Positions 59,087 through 64,000 of a stretch of 64,000 nucleotides of DNA are shown here, in pieces. The number at the start of each line of letters is the position of its first letter. The first letter of the stretch is position 1. Source of the stretch: an uncultured Caulobacteraceae bacterium (lineage in GTDB: Bacteria; Pseudomonadota; Alphaproteobacteria; Caulobacterales; Caulobacteraceae); assembly GCA_964242895.1 (NCBI GenBank), contig CAXTBN010000008.1, positions 1,674 through 65,673 on the forward strand, given 5' to 3'. The notes under the pieces are model-generated. The model searched no databases and was not told where the DNA came from. It saw only the letters and a list, made by a program, of their open reading frames with translations. A program made the position numbers and the translations under genes.

Positions 59087-60975
59087 CTTCCGTGGCGCCG
59101 AGCGAAGCGACAGTCCGGGCCGAGAGCCCCGAGCGGGCGGCCCCGCAGCGCCACGCCTCGTGGCCCACCAAGGGGCCGCAGCTGCGCCTGGTGAAGAAGG
59201 TCGAGGTCGACCGCGCCCGCGACGCGCTCCTCACCGAGTTCGGCCGCAAGACCCTGGAGGATCGCTACCTGCTGGCCGGCGAAGGCCCGCAGGACATGTT
59301 CGCCCGCGTCGCCACCGCCTTCGCCGACGACGCCGACCACGCCCAGCGCGTCTACGACTACATGAGCCGCCTGTGGTTCATGCCGGCCACCCCCGTGCTC
59401 TCCAACGGCGGGGCCGACCGCGGCCTGCCGATCAGCTGCTTCCTGAACGCCGTGGACGACAGCCTGGAGCACATCGTCGGCGCCTGGAACGAGAACGTGT
59501 GGCTGGCCGCCAACGGCGGCGGCATCGGCACCTACTGGGGCGGCGTGCGCTCCATCGGCGAGAAGGTGAAGGGCGCGGGCCAGACCTCGGGCATCATCCC
59601 CTTCATCCGCGTGATGGACTCGCTGACGCTGGCCATCAGCCAGGGCTCGCTGCGCCGCGGCTCGGCCGCCGTCTACCTCGACGTGCACCATCCGGAGATC
59701 GAGGAGTTCCTGGAGATCCGCAAGCCCAGCGGGGACTTCAACCGCAAGTCGCTGAACCTCCACCACGGCATCTCGATCTCGGACGAGTTCATGGAGGCCG
59801 TGCGCGACGGGGCCGACTTCGCGCTGAAGAGCCCCAAGGACGGCTCGCCCGTGCGCACCGTCAGCGCGCGCGAGCTTTGGCAGAAGATCCTGGAGATCCG
59901 CCTGCAGACGGGCGAGCCCTACCTGATCTTCTCCGACGCCGTGAACCGCGCCATGCCGGCCCACCAGCGCGAGCTGGGGCTTAGCGTGCGACAGTCCAAC
60001 CTCTGCAGCGAGATCATGCTGCACACGGGCAAGGACCACCTGGGCGTCGATCGCACCGCCGTCTGCTGCCTGAGCTCGGTCAACGCCGAGACCTTCATGG
60101 AGTGGCGCGACCACCCGCAGTTCGTCGAGGACGTCATGCGCTTCCTCGACAACGTGCTGGAGGACTTCATCACGCGCGCGCCCACCGCCATGGCCTCGGC
60201 CATCTACGCCGCCCAGCGCGAGCGCTCCGTCGGCCTCGGCGTGATGGGCTTCCACAGCTTCCTGCAGAGCCAGGGCGTGCCGTTCGAGTCAGCCATGGCC
60301 AAGAGCTGGAACATGCGCATTTTCAAGTCGCTGCGCCGCGCGGCCGACGCCGCCAGCGTCAAGCTCGCCGAGGAGCGCGGCCCGTGCCCCGACGCCGCCG
60401 AGCGCGGGGTTATGGAGCGCTTCAGCCACAAGCTGGCCATCGCCCCCACCGCCAGCATCAGCATCATCTGCGGCGGCACGAGCGCGGGCATCGAGCCGAT
60501 CCCGGCCAACATCTACACGCACAAGACGCTCAGCGGCTCCTTCGCCGTGAAGAACCCCTATCTGGAGAAGTGCCTGGAGACGCACGGCCGCAACGACGAC
60601 GCGACCTGGAGCACCATCCTGGAGAACCAGGGCTCGGTGATGCACCTGGACTTCCTGAGCGCGGACGAGAAGGACGTCTACAAGACCGCCTTCGAGCTCG
60701 ACCAGCGCTGGGTGGTGGAGCTGGCCGCCGACCGCACGCCCGACATCTGCCAGTCGCAGTCGGTGAACCTCTTCATCCCCGGCGACGTCGACAAGTGGGA
60801 CCTGCACATGCTGCACTGGACGGCGTGGGAGCGCGGCTGCAAGTCGCTCTACTACCTGCGCTCCAAGTCGGTGCAGCGCGCCAGTTTCGCCGGCGCCGAC
60901 CCGGCGGCCGAACTCGCGGTGAGCGTGGAGGCGGCGGCGCGCACGGATTACGAGGAGTGCCTCGCCTGCCAGTGA
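59080..60975 (+). CDS. nrdA: ribonucleoside-diphosphate reductase alpha subunit (short form without ATP-cone)
   Basis: Catalytic NLCSEI and C-terminal redox pair CLACQ. Start uncertain (ATG 59080 lies inside box 2; GTG 59092 is an alternative). Confidence 0.88.
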   Translation: MGSSVAPSEATVRAESPERAAPQRHASWPTKGPQLRLVKKVEVDRARDALLTEFGRKTLEDRYLLAGEGPQDMFARVATAFADDADHAQRVYDYMSRLWFMPATPVLSNGGADRGLPISCFLNAVDDSLEHIVGAWNENVWLAANGGGIGTYWGGVRSIGEKVKGAGQTSGIIPFIRVMDSLTLAISQGSLRRGSAAVYLDVHHPEIEEFLEIRKPSGDFNRKSLNLHHGISISDEFMEAVRDGADFALKSPKDGSPVRTVSARELWQKILEIRLQTGEPYLIFSDAVNRAMPAHQRELGLSVRQSNLCSEIMLHTGKDHLGVDRTAVCCLSSVNAETFMEWRDHPQFVEDVMRFLDNVLEDFITRAPTAMASAIYAAQRERSVGLGVMGFHSFLQSQGVPFESAMAKSWNMRIFKSLRRAADAASVKLAEERGPCPDAAERGVMERFSHKLAIAPTASISIICGGTSAGIEPIPANIYTHKTLSGSFAVKNPYLEKCLETHGRNDDATWSTILENQGSVMHLDFLSADEKDVYKTAFELDQRWVVELAADRTPDICQSQSVNLFIPGDVDKWDLHMLHWTAWERGCKSLYYLRSKSVQRASFAGADPAAELAVSVEAAARTDYEECLACQ

Positions 60976-61034
60976 GGCGCCGCGCTCAAGGTGCGGGGGC
61001 TGTCGCCGGGAGATCTTGCGGCTAAGCTCGTCCC

Positions 61035-62063
61035 ATGGCCGCCCCGCTCCTCGCCCTCGCGCTGCTCCTTGCGGGCCCGCCGCACGCCTCGGAGAACTGG
61101 GCCGACGAGCACAACCCCCTCACCTCCGGCCCGCAGTACGTCCGCTCCAAGGGCGTGTGCCGCAAGCTGGGCGAGCCCCGGCCGCCCGCCTCTGACCAGC
61201 CGAGCCCGGCGCAGGTGCGCGGGCTCAAGGGCTGCGACTCCGAGAAGCTGTACTACGGGGAAGGCGTGAAGCCCGACTACGTCCGCGCCCGCCAGTGCGC
61301 CTTCGTCGAGGCCGACACGACCGACGACACCGAGGTGTTCGGCGGCTCCACCATCCTGATGCAGGTCTACGCCAACGGCCTGGGCGTGCGCCGCGACCTC
61401 GACCTCGCCACCGCGTACGCCTGCGGGATCGAGGGAGCGCCGGCCGAGCTGGACGGGCGCGTGACGCACCTGCAGGCGCTCAAGGCGCAGCCGTCCGCCA
61501 AGCGCTTCGACTACTGCGACGACATCACCAGCGGGCTGGCGCAGGGCTTCTGCCAGAGCCGCGCCTCGACCAAGTCGGCGGTCGGCCGCGACGCGCGGCT
61601 GAAGGCGTTGACGGCGCGCCTGCCCCCGCCCGCTGCGGCCGCCTACGGGCCGATGAAGAAGGCGTTCGACGCCTTCCTGGACGCCCACGGCGAGGGCGAG
61701 GTGGACCTGTCCGGCACAGCCCGCGCCGCCATCGAGACGCAGGAGGAGGACGCGGTGAAGGACCAGTCCGCCCGCGACCTCGCCCGGCTGCTCGGTGGCG
61801 GCTGGCCGCGGGCGACCGACGCTCCGGCCGCCGACGCCGCCCTGAACGCCAGCTATCGCAAGGCGCTCGCGGCCAACCAGAAGCCCGACATCGGCGGCGA
61901 GGTCAGCGCCGAGGGTGTGCGCAAGGCGCAGCGGGCCTGGCTCGCGTATCGCGACGCCTACGTCCGCTTCGCGGCCGCGGCCGCGCCGACCGTCCCGCGC
62001 GAGGCCGTGCTGGCGCGCCTGACCAGGCTGCGCACCGCCCAGCTCGACGCCCTGGTGAACTGA
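61035..62063 (+). CDS. secreted protein with C-terminal DUF1311 (LprI-like) region
   Basis: Signal peptide. C-terminal LNASYRKAL...[11 protein letters not shown] pattern typical of DUF1311. Confidence 0.6.
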   Translation: MAAPLLALALLLAGPPHASENWADEHNPLTSGPQYVRSKGVCRKLGEPRPPASDQPSPAQVRGLKGCDSEKLYYGEGVKPDYVRARQCAFVEADTTDDTEVFGGSTILMQVYANGLGVRRDLDLATAYACGIEGAPAELDGRVTHLQALKAQPSAKRFDYCDDITSGLAQGFCQSRASTKSAVGRDARLKALTARLPPPAAAAYGPMKKAFDAFLDAHGEGEVDLSGTARAAIETQEEDAVKDQSARDLARLLGGGWPRATDAPAADAALNASYRKALAANQKPDIGGEVSAEGVRKAQRAWLAYRDAYVRFAAAAAPTVPREAVLARLTRLRTAQLDALVN

Positions 62064-62115
62064 CCGGCGCACGTCGCGAGGTGCGGAACGGGGCGCGAAA
62101 GCCTATCCTTTCCGC

Positions 62116-63606
62116 ATGAGTCTCGCCGAGCCCGCCGCCGTGGAGACCGACGCCGCCCCACCCGGGCCGGCCACCAACGCGGCCGCCTACTCCGTCTCCG
62201 AGCTCGCCTTCGCGCTCAAGCGCACGCTGGAGGACGCCTACGGCCACGTGCGGCTGCGCGGCGAGATCAGCAAGGTCACGCGCCACGCCTCCGGCCACGT
62301 CTACCTGTCCATCAAGGACGACAAGGCCTGCATCGACGGGGTGATCTGGAAGAGCGTGCGCGGCATCGCCGTGCGCCCGGAGACGGGCATGGAGGTGATC
62401 GTCACCGGACGCATCACCACCTACCCCGGCCGCTCGCAGTACCAGATCCTGATCGAGACGCTGGAGCCCGCCGGCGTCGGCGCGCTCCTGGCGCAGCTCG
62501 AGCGGTTGAAGACCAAGCTCAACGGCGAGGGCCTGTTCGCCCCCGACCGCAAGCAGCCCATCCCGCCCTCGCCCGCGGTGATCGGCGTGATCACGAGCCC
62601 CACGGGCGCGGTGATCCGCGACATCCTCCATCGCCTGCGCGAGCGGTGGCCCTGCCGCGTGCTGCTGTGGCCCGTGGTGGTGCAGGGCGAGGGCGCCGCC
62701 GCCCAGGTGTGCGCCGCGCTGCGCGGCTTCGACGCCCTGCCCGCGTCCGGCGGCGCCCTCCCCCGGCCGGACGTGGTGATCGTGGCGCGCGGCGGCGGCT
62801 CGGTGGAGGACCTGTGGCCCTTCAACGACGAGGCGCTGGCGCGCACGGTCGCCGCCTGCCGCCTGCCCGTGATCTCGGCCGTGGGGCACGAGACCGACAC
62901 CACGCTGATCGACTTCGTCGCCGACCGCCGCGCCCCCACCCCCACCGCCGCCGCCGAGATGGCCACGCCCGTACTGGCCGAGTTGGCCGCCCGCGTGGGG
63001 GACAGCGGCCGCCGGATGGCGCGCTGCAGCCAGGTCCACCTGGAGCGCGCCCGCACGCGCCTCACCTCCGCCGCCCGCGGCCTGCCCCGCCCCGACGTGC
63101 TCCTGGGCTTGGCCGAGCAGCGCTTCGACGCCGCCTCCGGCCGCCTCCTGCCCGCGCTCACCCGCAACACGGAGGCGCACGGCCGCGACCTGCTGAGGGC
63201 GGCCGCGCGCCTGTCGCCCGCGCTGCTGGAACGCCCCCTGCGGCTCAAGGCCGAGCGCCTGGACGAGACCGACGCCCGCCTGCATCCCGCCGCGGAGCGA
63301 CGCCTCGCCCGCGCCGCCGACCGGCTGGACGCCCTCGGCAAGCTCCACCGCGCCGTCGACCCCGAGCGCCCGCTAGACCGCGGCTTCGCCCTGGTGCGCC
63401 GCCCGGCCGGCGGCCCGCTGGTGCGCACCGCCGCCGAGCTCGCCGCGGGTGAAGCGGTGGAGCTGAAGTTCCGCGACGGCGTGCGTACGGCGACCGCGGA
63501 CGGCGGCGACGCGGCGTCGGTCGCCGCCCCCTCCGTCCGCGTGCGCCGACCCGCCCCGTCGCGCCCGGCGGCTCCCCATCCCGTGACGCAGGGCAGCCTG
63601 TTCTGA
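62116..63606 (+). CDS. xseA: exodeoxyribonuclease VII large subunit
   Basis: N-terminal OB fold ([23 protein letters not shown]) and catalytic [16 protein letters not shown] block. Confidence 0.9.
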   Translation: MSLAEPAAVETDAAPPGPATNAAAYSVSELAFALKRTLEDAYGHVRLRGEISKVTRHASGHVYLSIKDDKACIDGVIWKSVRGIAVRPETGMEVIVTGRITTYPGRSQYQILIETLEPAGVGALLAQLERLKTKLNGEGLFAPDRKQPIPPSPAVIGVITSPTGAVIRDILHRLRERWPCRVLLWPVVVQGEGAAAQVCAALRGFDALPASGGALPRPDVVIVARGGGSVEDLWPFNDEALARTVAACRLPVISAVGHETDTTLIDFVADRRAPTPTAAAEMATPVLAELAARVGDSGRRMARCSQVHLERARTRLTSAARGLPRPDVLLGLAEQRFDAASGRLLPALTRNTEAHGRDLLRAAARLSPALLERPLRLKAERLDETDARLHPAAERRLARAADRLDALGKLHRAVDPERPLDRGFALVRRPAGGPLVRTAAELAAGEAVELKFRDGVRTATADGGDAASVAAPSVRVRRPAPSRPAAPHPVTQGSLF

Positions 63607-63689
63607 AGGTCATGACGAGCTGAACTCGCAGCGCTCAGGCAGCCCTGGGCGCCGCCGATGCACAGTGGCGAGCGCGCGACGGCTCCAGT

Positions 63690-64000
63690 CTAGCTCCGCG
63701 GCTCGAGGAGCCGCTCGACCACGCCGGGCAGTCGTTCGCGCCACGGCGCCGGACGCCAGCCGACGGTGCGAGCGAGCTTGGTGCAGTCCAGCCGCGAGTT
63801 GGCGGGGCGCTTGGCGGGCGTCGGGTAGTCCGCCGTGGTGATCGAGCGCACGCGGGCGGAGGGGCCGCCCCGGCGGTCGCTCTCGGCGAACACGGCCTCC
63901 GCGAACCCGGCCCAGGTCGTGTCGCCCTCGCCGGCGGCGTGGAACACGCCCTCGGCGTCGCGCTCGCCGGCGCAGAGACGGTCGCCGAGCTTGAGGCAGG
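63690..64000 (-). CDS. rfbD: dTDP-4-dehydrorhamnose reductase, C-terminal part (gene continues past window end)
   Basis: The frame stays open to the window edge. FHAAGEGDTTWAGFAEAVF and YPTPAKRPANSRLD blocks. Confidence 0.78.
   Translation of the reverse strand, partial: CLKLGDRLCAGERDAEGVFHAAGEGDTTWAGFAEAVFAESDRRGGPSARVRSITTADYPTPAKRPANSRLDCTKLARTVGWRPAPWRERLPGVVERLLEPRS

Overview
This is a very GC-rich stretch of chromosome, with GC-dominated third codon positions. Its gene order (coxB-ctaD-ctaB-ctaG-ctaE-SURF1-thrC-M16 peptidase) looks like an alphaproteobacterium of the Caulobacterales type; the taxon is my inference. Almost all of the window is tightly packed housekeeping and metabolic genes: glutathione synthesis, an aa3 cytochrome oxidase cluster, a MerR-headed beta-oxidation operon, a ketone-body/thiolase group, the late lipid A/Kdo operon (msbA-DUF374-waaA-lpxK), purD, ubiA, nrdA, xseA and others. 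I recognised no rRNA, tRNA, CRISPR array, transposase, integrase or phage genes, and I found no convincing novel multi-gene system such as a defence island. The most unusual locus is 14.6-18.6 kb. It starts with an AT-rich intergenic island and an LpxC-like deacetylase gene away from any cell-division genes. Divergent from that gene are an intact C5 DNA methyltransferase, then cysK, a 51-codon exported-peptide ORF, and a Vsr mismatch endonuclease. No restriction endonuclease is present. Other points worth a second look:
- An inositol-monophosphatase gene reads in frame, with no stop codon, into a DUF4170 module.
- Two copies of a palindromic MITE/REP-like element sit in intergenic regions.
- A tandem NrdR-box-like operator overlaps the annotated nrdA start.
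- CoxB carries an Ala/Pro-rich C-terminal tail.
- A strong hairpin lies inside the cox cluster.
- There are many 4-nt start/stop overlaps, and a 57-codon zinc-ribbon ORF is missing from the ORF track.
All product calls rest on motifs and family resemblance recognised by eye; no database search was run. The many ORFs of up to about 900 aa that lie antisense to, or run across, real genes are treated as GC-composition artefacts.
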